Source: a virus
Lineage: Duplodnaviria; Caudoviricetes
Length of the DNA stretch: 52,280 nucleotides
Virus record (IMG/VR): IMGVR_UViG_3300042940_003066
Location: 1 to 52,280 of that record
Reading direction: 5' to 3' (one strand)
Shown here: positions 28,765 to 38,435 of the stretch, one piece after another
Layout: every line of letters starts with the position of its first letter
Numbering within the stretch: the stretch's first letter is position 1
Program-made: the position numbers and the translations under genes
The notes under the pieces: generated by a model
What the model saw: only the letters and a program-made list of their open reading frames with translations
What the model was told of the DNA's origin: nothing
Database searches by the model: none

Positions 28765-28914
28765 TTAGTCGATAACGTCCCAGCCTACAGGGCAAGGGTT
28801 TTCTTCTTCTTCATCTTCCAAGTCTTCGTCTACAATGTCTTCCAAGAATTCTAGCGGGTCAACGTCTACACTAGGAAAGATTCTTGCTTCCAGTTCTGCT
28901 TCAATGTAATCCAT
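28765..28914 (-). CDS. 49-aa highly acidic protein (not in ORF track)
   Basis: AAGGAG RBS; MDYIEAELEARIFPSVDVDPLEFLEDIVDEDLEDEEEENPCPVGWDVID. Confidence 0.7.
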   Translation of the reverse strand: MDYIEAELEARIFPSVDVDPLEFLEDIVDEDLEDEEEENPCPVGWDVID

Positions 28915-28964
28915 TATTCTATCTCCTTGCTAATAGTATAATCCAAGTATTCTATATTGTCAAA

Positions 28965-29273
28965 TTATTTCTTTGCCATTTCAGGCACTTCTGGATTGCT
29001 ATTGAATTCTTCAATACCTTCATCTGTAATAATCACTTGGTACATATGGTTACAGTCACCAACAGTATATTCCAATGTAGCTGAAATCTTAATAACAAAA
29101 TCAGAATTCACAAGTGATTGCAAAGCTTCCGCTACAAACTTTCGCAAATTTACCGCAGTAAGATTGGAAATGTAAGACGTGTCAAGGTCAGCATAGAATT
29201 CTTTAGTAATCTCCGGTGTCACTGTGCAAACCACCATAGACTTTATAATGTATGGGTTCTGTTCAAGCTTCAT
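28965..29273 (-). CDS. Hypothetical early protein
   Basis: TTGCAT-N17-TATACT promoter directly before ATG. Confidence 0.65.
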   Translation of the reverse strand: MKLEQNPYIIKSMVVCTVTPEITKEFYADLDTSYISNLTAVNLRKFVAEALQSLVNSDFVIKISATLEYTVGDCNHMYQVIITDEGIEEFNSNPEVPEMAKK

Positions 29274-29377
29274 AGATTAAGTATATCCCAGAATACACTA
29301 TATGCAAATTAATTAGTGTAATATTTATTTATAAAATACATCTTGCTTTTAGGTAAACTAGGCTGTAATATATAGAC

Positions 29378-29578
29378 ATGAACAGTAACACTAAAGTTGA
29401 AGTTGAAGAGCCAACAGGTCAGATGCATTTCTTCACCCTTGGGCAGATTGGTTTTGTTCCATCGATGTCTGAGGCAGATGTTATCGCTACCTTGGGTAGA
29501 AGCATCTATACTGATAGATTCAAGTATACATATCATGCTTCTCACAACCTGCTACTAGTCAAAACCCTACCAGGCTAG
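29378..29578 (+). CDS. Hypothetical early protein
   Basis: Own promoter and terminator hairpin. Confidence 0.6.
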   Translation: MNSNTKVEVEEPTGQMHFFTLGQIGFVPSMSEADVIATLGRSIYTDRFKYTYHASHNLLLVKTLPG

Positions 29579-29628
29579 TTACCACATCCCTTGGCAAAAG
29601 TCAAGGGATATTTTATTTAATTTTTTAA

Positions 29629-29688
29629 TTTGACAGTTATAAAAATCGGCGGTTTTTGCTGCTACCGCCGAAAAATATTTTCAGCAAA
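29629..29688. repeat. Element 2
   Basis: TTTGAC-N12-CGGCGGT..ACCGCCG-N12-AGCAAA. Confidence 0.88.
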
Positions 29689-30077
29689 TTTATTTTTTTC
29701 CTTGACAATATTGTTAAAGTATGATAGCTCCCCTTTTGGGGAGCCTTACATTATAATTGTTTTATGAATTCTTCAGCTTCGGCTACTGAGCGGAACTCCT
29801 TGACTAATTTTAAATACTTACCTTCATCTTTTGCAACATACCACCATTGATTTTTAGGGTCAACTGGTGCTTGTTGTTTTAACTGGATAACTTTATACAT
29901 TACTTATTCTCCTTATTCAATGTCAGAGTTGACAGCAGACCGAGAAACAAAACAACGATTCCGAGAATGTTCAAGATGATGATTGGATTCATGTTTATAT
30001 TATAAGTCAAATATTAGGGTAATGCAAATTATATTTTAAATGAAAAGTCCCTTGATTTATATCAAGGGATATAGTGT

Positions 30078-30242
30078 TTAGTCTTCCTGAAAGTGCTGAG
30101 ATTCACAGTAGGAATCCCATCTTTCATATGCAAGTGAAACAGCATTTTCCATCAGGTCTTCTTGTGACATCTCAGGGTTTTGCTTTGACAGTTCCTGATA
30201 GGCTTGGGTGACGAAGAGTGAAAACATTGGGTGGTCGTTCAT
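30078..30242 (-). CDS. 54-aa hypothetical protein (not in ORF track)
   Basis: MNDHPMFSLFVTQAYQELSKQNPEMSQEDLMENA...; promoter directly upstream. Confidence 0.6.
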   Translation of the reverse strand: MNDHPMFSLFVTQAYQELSKQNPEMSQEDLMENAVSLAYERWDSYCESQHFQED

Positions 30243-30354
30243 GTATTAAGTATATCCCAAATTCTACTTATTGCAAGTAATTTATATAATGTAAATCTAC
30301 AATTATTTTTATCCAAAGTGTGGCATTATAGTGTAAATTCGGTATACTGATGTC

Positions 30355-30609
30355 ATGAGCAAGATATACCGAATGATTTTAGGTCAAGACCCTAATAGCA
30401 CAAGACCGATTGGAACTGAAAAAACCCTTAAGGAAGCCAAAGCCTATATCTTATCTCGTGCATACAATAATGACTATTGTGCAATCTATGTAGCAGACGA
30501 TGAAAACCCAGCTGGTGAATTGGTTGGACGTTGGATTGTAAAGAATAAGAAGCTTACATCGTTTGAAAAAAAATCAAAACCAATTGATTATAAAAAAACA
30601 ATATTCTGA
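30355..30609 (+). CDS. Hypothetical early protein
   Basis: TATACT directly before ATG. Confidence 0.6.
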   Translation: MSKIYRMILGQDPNSTRPIGTEKTLKEAKAYILSRAYNNDYCAIYVADDENPAGELVGRWIVKNKKLTSFEKKSKPIDYKKTIF

Positions 30610-30638
30610 CAAGTATATAAAAGGTGATATAATAAATT

Positions 30639-30884
30639 ATGAACAAACACAACGGCTGGTACAACAAAATGACTTGGCATATCAATGTTCTCTATATGGG
30701 AGCAATGGAAAATATGGTAAAGGCTGGCGGAACAAGTGATATCAAATGGTACATCCAGAATCAACTAACAAAAGGCTTGTCCAAAGACCAGCGTGACATC
30801 ATGTGGTGTGCTTTTGAACTGATTGACTGGGACGTTCTCATTGAAAGAGCCACTGAGAATGTTGAAAAGGAAAAGGTAGCATAG
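30639..30884 (+). CDS. Small phage protein with NGWxNxxTW motif
   Basis: HNGWYNKMTWHIN...IDWDVL. Confidence 0.65.
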   Translation: MNKHNGWYNKMTWHINVLYMGAMENMVKAGGTSDIKWYIQNQLTKGLSKDQRDIMWCAFELIDWDVLIERATENVEKEKVA

Positions 30885-30973
30885 CACTACCACATATTTT
30901 GTAGTTGTCAAGACTAAGCTCCCCGCAAGGGGGGCTATCATATTTTAATAAGTATGTCAAGAAAATAAATAAA

Positions 30974-31036
30974 TTTGCTAAAAATATTTTTCGGCGGTAC
31001 AAGCCGGGAATACCGCCGATTTTTATGCTTGTCAAA
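30974..31036. repeat. Element 3
   Basis: TTTGCT-N12-CGGCGGTA..TACCGCCG-N12-GTCAAA. Confidence 0.88.
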
Positions 31037-31095
31037 TTAAATAATTTAATAAAAAACCCTTGACTTTCATCAAGGGCTGTGATATGATGTAGGGT

Positions 31096-31572
31096 TTAGG
31101 CTAGCGATTCTATATTGTCCACGCTAACCGCTACAAAAAGTGCTTGACCTTTTTCTTCGGTCTCCTCCTTGGTAGGCTTGGTAGCATATTCTGATGCTAG
31201 TAGAGCGTCCTTGACATCATCAAGGTTTACAGGCTCACCGTTGCGATACCATTGTGCTTTGGATGGATTTCCAGTTACGCACACTGGAAGGTATAGGTTG
31301 CCATTCTTAACATTACGCCAAAAGCGCATACCTTCAATCTCAACAGATTCTGCCCATGTTGGCATTGCAGGCGCATCGCGCTCACCAGCCTCAACAGCAT
31401 CCTTCACAGGCTTGCGGTTAGAATATTCTGCCAGCATACCTTGGAATACAGACACTTTGGTAATGTTATCTGCAACGCCCTTGCGAACCTTGCCGGGACG
31501 GTTTACCTTTACGGAGTAGAACGAGCCACCTTGCTTGGCGGAAAGGATGCGAGCGATTTCGGTTACATTCAT
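31096..31572 (-). CDS. Hypothetical early protein
   Basis: AAGGAG RBS, TTGACT-N17-TATACT promoter. Confidence 0.75.
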   Translation of the reverse strand: MNVTEIARILSAKQGGSFYSVKVNRPGKVRKGVADNITKVSVFQGMLAEYSNRKPVKDAVEAGERDAPAMPTWAESVEIEGMRFWRNVKNGNLYLPVCVTGNPSKAQWYRNGEPVNLDDVKDALLASEYATKPTKEETEEKGQALFVAVSVDNIESLA

Positions 31573-31721
31573 TGTCTTATCTCCTTGAACACTGATAGTA
31601 TACAGCAGGCTTTACCCAAAGTCAAATAATATAATGTAAAGCTTCATTAATATTATTTTCCACTTATTGCTTGCAACATAGTGTAGGTTTGATATAATAA
31701 TAGCGTAAGGGAGATAGAGAC

Positions 31722-32033
31722 ATGGTTATCGAACAAAAGACAGTTGACATTCAGCAACATTTCATGCGCAATAATGTAAGCGATGTGGCAAATGATTTCG
31801 TTATAGAGTGGTTGATAAAATCCTTTGATAGTTTCAACCTCAGAAACTCCATAAATTGCGCTACTGAAATCAAGTATACATGGATGTTGTCAGATATTGT
31901 AAAGGGATTGCCAAAGGGTGTAAAAACAGGAGATTTTGAACAATCTCATGCAGATGAAATAGTACAGTGTTTTGAAAACCATGGTGATTTAGCATTAACA
32001 TACACCATGATATTTGAACCACTTTTATTTTGA
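31722..32033 (+). CDS. Hypothetical early protein
   Basis: Promoter plus AAGGGAG RBS. Confidence 0.7.
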   Translation: MVIEQKTVDIQQHFMRNNVSDVANDFVIEWLIKSFDSFNLRNSINCATEIKYTWMLSDIVKGLPKGVKTGDFEQSHADEIVQCFENHGDLALTYTMIFEPLLF

Positions 32034-32102
32034 TGGTGCAATGAAAGGCTCCCCGCAAGGGGAGCTATCATACTTTAATAAGTTTGTCAAGAAAAAAATA
32101 AA

Positions 32103-32165
32103 TTTGACAAATGTATTTTTCGGCGGTAAATACGGTTAAAACCGCCGCATTTTATTTTTGTCAAA
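32103..32165. repeat. Element 4
   Basis: TTTGAC-N12-CGGCGGT..ACCGCCG-N12-GTCAAA. Confidence 0.88.
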
Positions 32166-32226
32166 TTAAAAAATTAAATAAAAAAACCCTTGACAAGAGC
32201 CAAGGGATGTGATTGATGGGAGAGGG

Positions 32227-32595
32227 TTACTCTGCTGGTGGCAGGGTAACTTTGAGAATGGTTTGCAAGGCATACAGGGTGTCTCTAGTAGCACGAATGG
32301 TGTTCTCAGATTGTGCCAGTTGGGACTTTGCTTTGATAATCTTGGTTTCTACAACCTGTACAGTCTTGACCTCTTCCACCAGCAATGTGGCAAGGTGTGC
32401 TTTGCGGGTTGCTTCGTTTGAACCTTGTACAAGACCATCTGCATAGAGGGTTGCTGTCTTGGATTCAAGCTTGTTTTCTGCGTCAAGCTTCTCAAGTGTG
32501 AGAGTTGTAACTAAAGCTTGATTCTTGTTTACAACCGTGGTCTGCTTGGCGATGTTGGCGATTGAGGTGGTGAGTTGGTCGATAAGTGTTTGCAT
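32227..32595 (-). CDS. Coiled-coil hypothetical protein
   Basis: GGAG RBS; helical, GSNEATRKA. Confidence 0.7.
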   Translation of the reverse strand: MQTLIDQLTTSIANIAKQTTVVNKNQALVTTLTLEKLDAENKLESKTATLYADGLVQGSNEATRKAHLATLLVEEVKTVQVVETKIIKAKSQLAQSENTIRATRDTLYALQTILKVTLPPAE

Positions 32596-32742
32596 AGTGT
32601 CTTCTCCGTCTGTGATGTCTTATTATAAGCCAAGTTTCCACCATATGCCAATGAATTGGGTAAACATTTAAATAATTGTTTATTACCTTAAATGCTGGCA
32701 AGCTCGTGTAAATTTGATATACTTAAGGCGTAAGGGAGAACG

Positions 32743-32955
32743 GTGATGACAAGAACAAAAATGACGTTTGAAGACAAAACATATGCGCGTGAGATGTTTC
32801 TCCAAGAGTTTATGATTCGGACAGAAGTGTATCTGGAATTTGACTTTCACAATGAACAGTCAAGAATCACGCTTATCAAACAAGCACATCAAGAATTGAA
32901 AGATAAGCTTAACAAGGTTGATGAAGAGTACAAGGCTCTCAACGCAGGTAAGTAA
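32743..32955 (+). CDS. Hypothetical early protein
   Basis: AAGGGAG RBS. Confidence 0.65.
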   Translation: MMTRTKMTFEDKTYAREMFLQEFMIRTEVYLEFDFHNEQSRITLIKQAHQELKDKLNKVDEEYKALNAGK

Positions 32956-33290
32956 TCAGGCTATGTCCCCTGAAACATGGGGACTTTCTTCCAATACAAT
33001 AGGTAATATAATGTCAAAGTATACTAAAGTTTTCTTTTCTGTTGCTATTGCAATGCAGATTTTCTTGTTTATTGTTCTTAATGATTGTAAGCTTACAAAT
33101 AATACATACAGTATTGAGACATCTGCTTTTTTTCTGCTAGTTTTGTGTTCATTAGCAACAATTTTGTATATCGCTGTAGGTTTGGCATCATATGAACAAG
33201 ACAAACAATTAGCTAATATTAAGTAATAAATACTGCTCCCCTATCACAAGCCTTGACAAAAGTCAAGGTTTTTTTATTTAAAAAAATAAA

Positions 33291-33352
33291 TTTGACAAAA
33301 ATATTTTTCGGGGGTTTTGTAGCTAGTACCCCCGAGAATTGGTTTTAGCAAA
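33291..33352. repeat. Element 5
   Basis: TTTGAC-N12-CGGGGGT..ACCCCCG-N12-AGCAAA. Confidence 0.88.
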
Positions 33353-33489
33353 AAAAAGAATCGCCAGAATTTTTATCCTGACGATTTTTGTGTTTTAGTT
33401 TTCGATTGTATTTTGTTTTATCTTTAAAGATGGTGGGTCTCATCTGGCTGGCTCGCATCATTTCTGTACCAGATGCAATGTTTAAGTCT

Positions 33490-33795
33490 TCAACATACTT
33501 TTTGCGTTTCATTCAGTACCTCTAAGTAATTTCCGTTATTTGCATGACGATTGAAAATATCAACAAATGATTTATATTGACATTCTTGTATTGAATATTT
33601 AAGATTAAACATATCATGATATGGTGTATCTAAGAGTCGTTTGGCGATATATTTAATTATTAAATTGTTTGCTGTTTTATCTAATTGAAATCCTGTTACA
33701 TCTTCAATAAGCATATCAAAAGTATTTATATCAAACTGGTCTACGCCAAAACCGTCATTGCTTACCCAGAAAACCATTACGCAAGACATAATCAT
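33490..33795 (-). CDS. Hypothetical protein
   Basis: Overlapping operon-like run 33490-34229. Confidence 0.55.
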   Translation of the reverse strand: MIMSCVMVFWVSNDGFGVDQFDINTFDMLIEDVTGFQLDKTANNLIIKYIAKRLLDTPYHDMFNLKYSIQECQYKSFVDIFNRHANNGNYLEVLNETQKVC

Positions 33796-33983
33796 TTTCC
33801 ACCTTGTTTAATTTTCGATTCTTGTAATATTTAAATCCAACATAATCAAGAAAAATCACTGCTACAATTACTGATGTGATAAAAGGCATCTCTACACTGA
33901 AATGAAATGCTCCGTTAAAATCAAAAGTTGAATTGATATACAGCAAATAAAATGCAAATGCACGAGTAAAATACGATAGGATA

Positions 33984-34229
33984 TTAATTAGTTTGAGTAT
34001 TTTTGTTGTCATTTACATCCACCTGAAATCCATAACACCATTTGTTATTATCTAAACGAAATACAACGCGATTTTCTCTTACAGTTTTTAAATCCACTTC
34101 ATTAACATTGATTCCATATTTTTCTTCTGGAGCATCTGTTATTTCAATTCCTGTAATTTTAGCATCCATTGGTGGGGCTGTTCCCCAAGAGCCACGCCAT
34201 GTGACGTTGTCTCCTATTTTTATTTTCAT
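33984..34229 (-). CDS. Small beta-rich hypothetical protein
   Basis: IKIGDNVTWRGSWG...LDNNKWCYGFQV. Confidence 0.65.
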   Translation of the reverse strand: MKIKIGDNVTWRGSWGTAPPMDAKITGIEITDAPEEKYGINVNEVDLKTVRENRVVFRLDNNKWCYGFQVDVNDNKNTQTN

Positions 34230-34524
34230 GATGTATTGTATCGGAATAAATCAAATAAGCAAGTGTAAAACAGATAATGTATAGAGAGATGTTAAAAAGA
34301 AAAACCTTGAAAAATATCAAGGTTTAGAAATCAAACAAAAATGTAACCGGAGAGACCAAATCTTTTCACAGATTGTTTCAAATCAGCCAATGATTTTGTA
34401 CTACTAAAAAACACATTTTTCACGTAGAGATTGTACATCCCATATTCTATTTTAACTGTTCCTACCATGACTTGATTTTACCATACTCTAGCTGTGAAAT
34501 CTAATAAATATTTTCCTTGCAAGT

Positions 34525-35172
34525 GTGGATTTACCTGATATACTATCTACAAGGAGAAAAGTTATGTCTGATAAAATCACTGTCTCGTCTGTGCTAAGCA
34601 TGGACAATCTCTCTAATGTATTGCATGACATTTGCGATGAGCTTCAAGGGCGATTTCCAGGTCTCACCACTGTGGATAAGTTTATGATTGCAAAGAAGCG
34701 TGGAGAGTCTCGAAATTCGCATCGCGTTATGAATCTCTCGAAAAGCGGTTCTCTAGCATTTGTTTACAATGAGAAACTGGTTTTGGTGGTTGACCGTTTG
34801 TATTTGCAACCAACCAAGAAAGATGACCCAAATTCCTCGAAATTGACACCCGGTGATTCTCCTAAGAAGCAAGCATGGGTATGGGATGTTTTGCGTTCTT
34901 ATCAGAAGGACGTTTCAATCCTTTCATTCATGTCCGGTGATATAAATGAATTGGGTGAATTGTTCCAATACAAAGTGTCTGATTTTGATACATTCTATTA
35001 TCAGAACAATTCCATTTATCTTCAGAAAGAATTCACTTATGGAGAAATCACCGCGATTGTAAAACCATTGCTCATGCGTGTTTTGCTAGTAGAAGCATTG
35101 CTCGCGGGAGATGCTCAAAAAATCAATGGTAATTTCACCACAGGAGACCTTATTGACTTGTTCGATGAGTAA
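34525..35172 (+). CDS. Hypothetical early protein (probable start 34564)
   Basis: AAGGAG RBS before MSDKI. Confidence 0.7.
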   Translation: MDLPDILSTRRKVMSDKITVSSVLSMDNLSNVLHDICDELQGRFPGLTTVDKFMIAKKRGESRNSHRVMNLSKSGSLAFVYNEKLVLVVDRLYLQPTKKDDPNSSKLTPGDSPKKQAWVWDVLRSYQKDVSILSFMSGDINELGELFQYKVSDFDTFYYQNNSIYLQKEFTYGEITAIVKPLLMRVLLVEALLAGDAQKINGNFTTGDLIDLFDE

Positions 35173-35223
35173 ACCTGTGATATAATGCGCAGCTCCTGAG
35201 GATTAGTTTCTTCAGGAGTTTTT

Positions 35224-35282
35224 TTTGCTTGTTTTATTGGTCAGGGATATAAATTATATCCCTGAGTTGCCTTTTGAGCAAA
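35224..35282. repeat. Element 6
   Basis: TTTGCT-N12-CAGGGATATA..TATATCCCTG-N12-AGCAAA. Confidence 0.88.
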
Positions 35283-35342
35283 TAAATAATTCTTGCAAAT
35301 GTTAGTGATATAGTGTAAGATGTAACTTGGAGGATTTAGTTT

Positions 35343-35819
35343 ATGAATCAAAACCCATTTAGGGGACGACCACGCACTGCGGAGATACATGATGGTGTGA
35401 TGAATGTATATAAGAATATTGCGAATGGCAACATTGTTAGTTATTCAGGAATTATATCATTTATGAAGATGTCTGACCAGTATGGAAAGATTTCAAACTT
35501 ATATAAGATTAGGAATCAAATCTCTTCTCATTTGAAAGACATTGCTGAAGATGTTTTAAAGTTAGACCACTACACGATTGAATATATCTTCTCTAAGGAG
35601 TTAAATGGTGAAAGGATTTCTATCACTTGTGCTAAGATTTGTCTGCAAGACGATTACTATAACAAAGTGATTTCGAAAAATGTCACCTACTATGAGTATA
35701 TCCAAAAATTAGTATCCTTGAATGAAAAACCCTCGGAAATAGCCAAGCAAATGATTTCACTAGGCATCAAAGATAAAAAATCCACAGAATTGTTTTTAGA
35801 ATATGTGGCACTTGATTAG
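35343..35819 (+). CDS. Hypothetical protein with AT-hook-like RGRPR
   Basis: GGAGG RBS; FRGRPR. Confidence 0.7.
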   Translation: MNQNPFRGRPRTAEIHDGVMNVYKNIANGNIVSYSGIISFMKMSDQYGKISNLYKIRNQISSHLKDIAEDVLKLDHYTIEYIFSKELNGERISITCAKICLQDDYYNKVISKNVTYYEYIQKLVSLNEKPSEIAKQMISLGIKDKKSTELFLEYVALD

Positions 35820-35839
35820 GGTAATGATATAATAATAAC

Positions 35840-36061
35840 ATGAAACTTGAACAGGTATTGCCAATGCTCCGTGATGGTAAAACTATCACAAGAAGCAAGA
35901 AATGGAATCCTAACTGTACCACTGTTATATTGGTCAAGATAGAAGAATCATCACTTAAATTTAAATGTGTTTGGTCTACTGGTGAAGAAATGAGTTTTTG
36001 GGCTTGTTATACTTTTAAGACTGAAGATGTAATGGCAGAAAACTGGGAGGTAGCAGGATGA
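35840..36061 (+). CDS. DUF2829/Tad2-like small protein
   Basis: MKLEQVLPMLRDGKTITR...W ... EDVMAENWEV. Confidence 0.65.
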   Translation: MKLEQVLPMLRDGKTITRSKKWNPNCTTVILVKIEESSLKFKCVWSTGEEMSFWACYTFKTEDVMAENWEVAG

Positions 36062-36372
36062 CTTTAGATATCGTTAACCGTTTGTTTATTGTTGTTTTGT
36101 GGTGTAGCGGAATCGCGGCATTCTTTGGTCACATGAGATTCTATACAATCACAGGTCTCAAGGTACTTAAATCAATCCTTACCATTCTTGCTTATGCTAC
36201 ACCTCTTACATTGGTTTATGGTTTGTTTGAATGGATTATCACTGGTGATGGTAAAGTTGCATATTTGCTGTTTCAGTATGGTGTGTTTGCTTGTATTGTA
36301 GGTTTGTTTTATTATTTTATGTGCTGTATGTTAAGTAAGGCAGATGACCGAGAAAAGGAAAGAGCAATCTAA
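36058..36372 (+). CDS. Membrane protein
   Basis: Three hydrophobic segments. Confidence 0.65.
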   Translation: MTLDIVNRLFIVVLWCSGIAAFFGHMRFYTITGLKVLKSILTILAYATPLTLVYGLFEWIITGDGKVAYLLFQYGVFACIVGLFYYFMCCMLSKADDREKERAI

Positions 36373-36398
36373 AATATCCCCAGAAATGGGGATATTTT

Positions 36399-36461
36399 TT
36401 TGACATAATAAAAAATCGGGTGTATTTTGGCTGTTTACACCCGACAAATATTTTTGTCAAA
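36399..36461. repeat. Element 7
   Basis: TTTGAC-N12-CGGGTGTA..TACACCCG-N12-GTCAAA. Confidence 0.88.
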
Positions 36462-36522
36462 TATATTTATTTTCTTGCTTTACCCTAATGTTTTGATATA
36501 ATATAGCCAAGAGGAAAATATT

Positions 36523-36951
36523 ATGGCAACACGTTGTAGAATCGGTATGGAGCTTGAGGATGGAACAATCAAGAGTTCTTATTGTCATTGGGATGGATAT
36601 CCTACCGGAGTAGGAAAAACACTCATTGAAAATTACAATGAAATTGAGAAAATCAAAGACCTGTTAAGTTTTGGTGATATGTCATACCTTGCACCAGAGA
36701 TTCATCCATCTGGTGAAACACATTCTTTTGATTCTGCTGAAGAAAATGTTACAGTGTTCTACAAGAGAGACCGTGGTGAATCTCAAGTAAATTCTGTAAT
36801 AACATCTAAAGATGAATTGTTTTCTGCCATGTATAATTTTTTGGATTTTATCTATCTATACAAAGATGGCAATTGGTATTACACTTATACCAAAAATGAA
36901 GATTGGAAAAAACTTGAAAATGTATTTCAAGAAATAGCCTTGACATCCTAG
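36523..36951 (+). CDS. Phage early protein with YCHWDGYP motif
   Basis: MATRCRIG...YCHWDGYP.GVG..L. Confidence 0.75.
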   Translation: MATRCRIGMELEDGTIKSSYCHWDGYPTGVGKTLIENYNEIEKIKDLLSFGDMSYLAPEIHPSGETHSFDSAEENVTVFYKRDRGESQVNSVITSKDELFSAMYNFLDFIYLYKDGNWYYTYTKNEDWKKLENVFQEIALTS

Positions 36952-36973
36952 AGATTTGACTGTAATATATTGA

Positions 36974-37293
36974 TGTGGGTCAGAATCCGCATTCCAGTAA
37001 AAGACCAGAACGGCTAGAGTCTATTGCGAGACTCAAATAAGGGTAGCAACCTTGGAGTGGTTAAATCCACAATCTTTTACTGAAACCTTGGATATGGTTG
37101 ACGCAAACAATCTATCCAAGTATAATGATTTGTGGTTGGGTGCTATGCTCTCATTGAGACACGGGCATCGTCGGAGGTAGAGACCATCGAAAGAACTACC
37201 CTTGTGTTCCGTACTGGTTGAATTCCAGCCAATCACAAATCAGAACTCCTATGTTTCAGCTAAAATCCCCTAAGAATTTTCTTGGGGGTTTTT
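36974..37293 (+). ncRNA. Candidate structured non-coding RNA (~300 nt)
   Basis: TTGACA(36940)-N17-TAATAT promoter; long-range stems 36995-37004/37073-37082 and 37126-37139/37229-37242; terminator at end; no convincing ORF. Confidence 0.65.
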
Positions 37294-37294
37294 A

Positions 37295-37352
37295 TTTGCT
37301 TTATTTGTTTTTCAGGGGTAAATTCATACCCCTGATTTTTTATTTGAGCAAA
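37295..37352. repeat. Element 8
   Basis: TTTGCT-N12-CAGGGGTA..TACCCCTG-N12-AGCAAA. Confidence 0.88.
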
Positions 37353-37417
37353 TAAATATATTTTCTTGACTTATAGTTCCACTTACTATATACTATTGGT
37401 GTAAGAGAGATAGGACA

Positions 37418-37708
37418 ATGACAGTAGAATATTGGAAACTGACAGATATCTTTTATGACTGTGGTATTGATACAAAGTTCGCAGAGTCTTTTGTTACTTG
37501 GACTGATTGGGAATTTACTGAAGGTGAACACGTATTGGTGTATGCACGTAAAGTAATTCCACAGTTGATTTCTTATGTAGTGTATAATTTTACAGTAATC
37601 GAAGGCACTAATGGCGAACAAATTGATGATACCGTAGTTCGCAAAGAAATTGAAAACTATTATGCTCAACATTTGTATGAAGGTTCACTAATCGACATTG
37701 CAAACTAA
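37418..37708 (+). CDS. Acidic hypothetical early protein
   Basis: TTGACT-N17-TATACT promoter, own terminator. Confidence 0.7.
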   Translation: MTVEYWKLTDIFYDCGIDTKFAESFVTWTDWEFTEGEHVLVYARKVIPQLISYVVYNFTVIEGTNGEQIDDTVVRKEIENYYAQHLYEGSLIDIAN

Positions 37709-37740
37709 AAAGAACCCCAGGTGAAAATCTGGGGATTTTT

Positions 37741-37794
37741 TTTGACAAAAGAATTTTTTGGCGGTATTTACCGCCAATTTTTAGCTTTGGCAAA
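37741..37794. repeat. Element 9
   Basis: TTTGAC-N12-TGGCGGTA-TT-TACCGCCA-N12-GGCAAA. Confidence 0.88.
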
Positions 37795-37859
37795 TAAATA
37801 TATTTTCTTGACAGACATTTCCATTTACTATATACTATTGGTGTAAGGGAGATAGAACG

Positions 37860-38078
37860 ATGACATATCCAGAATACCTTGTGGGGTGTGCGATTAGACA
37901 CGCTGAGTTTCAATTTGGTGTGACATCCGCTTTTAAAATTAAGACTGCAACACCAGAGCAACAGTTGGCGTGGATTGCCGAAGACCTTGCAAAACTTGTA
38001 TCAGAACTGGCAATGCTTGAAAAGCAATTTAATGAACAGGATAAAGTTGGTGACCCGTTTGCAGATTCACAGAGATAA
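37860..38078 (+). CDS. Hypothetical early protein
   Basis: TTGACA-N17-TATACT promoter; leader nearly identical to that of 37418. Confidence 0.7.
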   Translation: MTYPEYLVGCAIRHAEFQFGVTSAFKIKTATPEQQLAWIAEDLAKLVSELAMLEKQFNEQDKVGDPFADSQR

Positions 38079-38084
38079 CTATTA

Positions 38085-38435
38085 ATGACTACACAAACAA
38101 TAAATATTGACCACGAGCGATTGAGAGATGCAGGCTATAAAAAATTCCCCGCTCTCACAAAACCACATTGTATTGCATTGTGGCAAAAAACATTCTCTGA
38201 CAATGTTGGTATTAAGTATCACATTGATATTTTCGAATGTCCAGCTGTGCCAAACATGAATTACAATTATGTCGATTATGTACCATGTGTTTCTTTTGAA
38301 ACATCTCTTGGCATGATTGAGATTAATCAATCTTTGTTTGCAAACTCTGACTTGGTAAGCATTGAATATTTCTTTGATAACTTGTGGAAATTTACCAACG
38401 CAAAATACAAAGAATATTACACAAATAATATTTAA
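38085..38435 (+). CDS. Hypothetical protein
   Basis: Co-directional ORF. Confidence 0.6.
   Translation: MTTQTINIDHERLRDAGYKKFPALTKPHCIALWQKTFSDNVGIKYHIDIFECPAVPNMNYNYVDYVPCVSFETSLGMIEINQSLFANSDLVSIEYFFDNLWKFTNAKYKEYYTNNI

Noticed and set aside
37033-37236. Minus-strand 67-aa ORF
   Set aside because: No RBS or promoter; promoter, terminator and pairing point to a plus-strand RNA.
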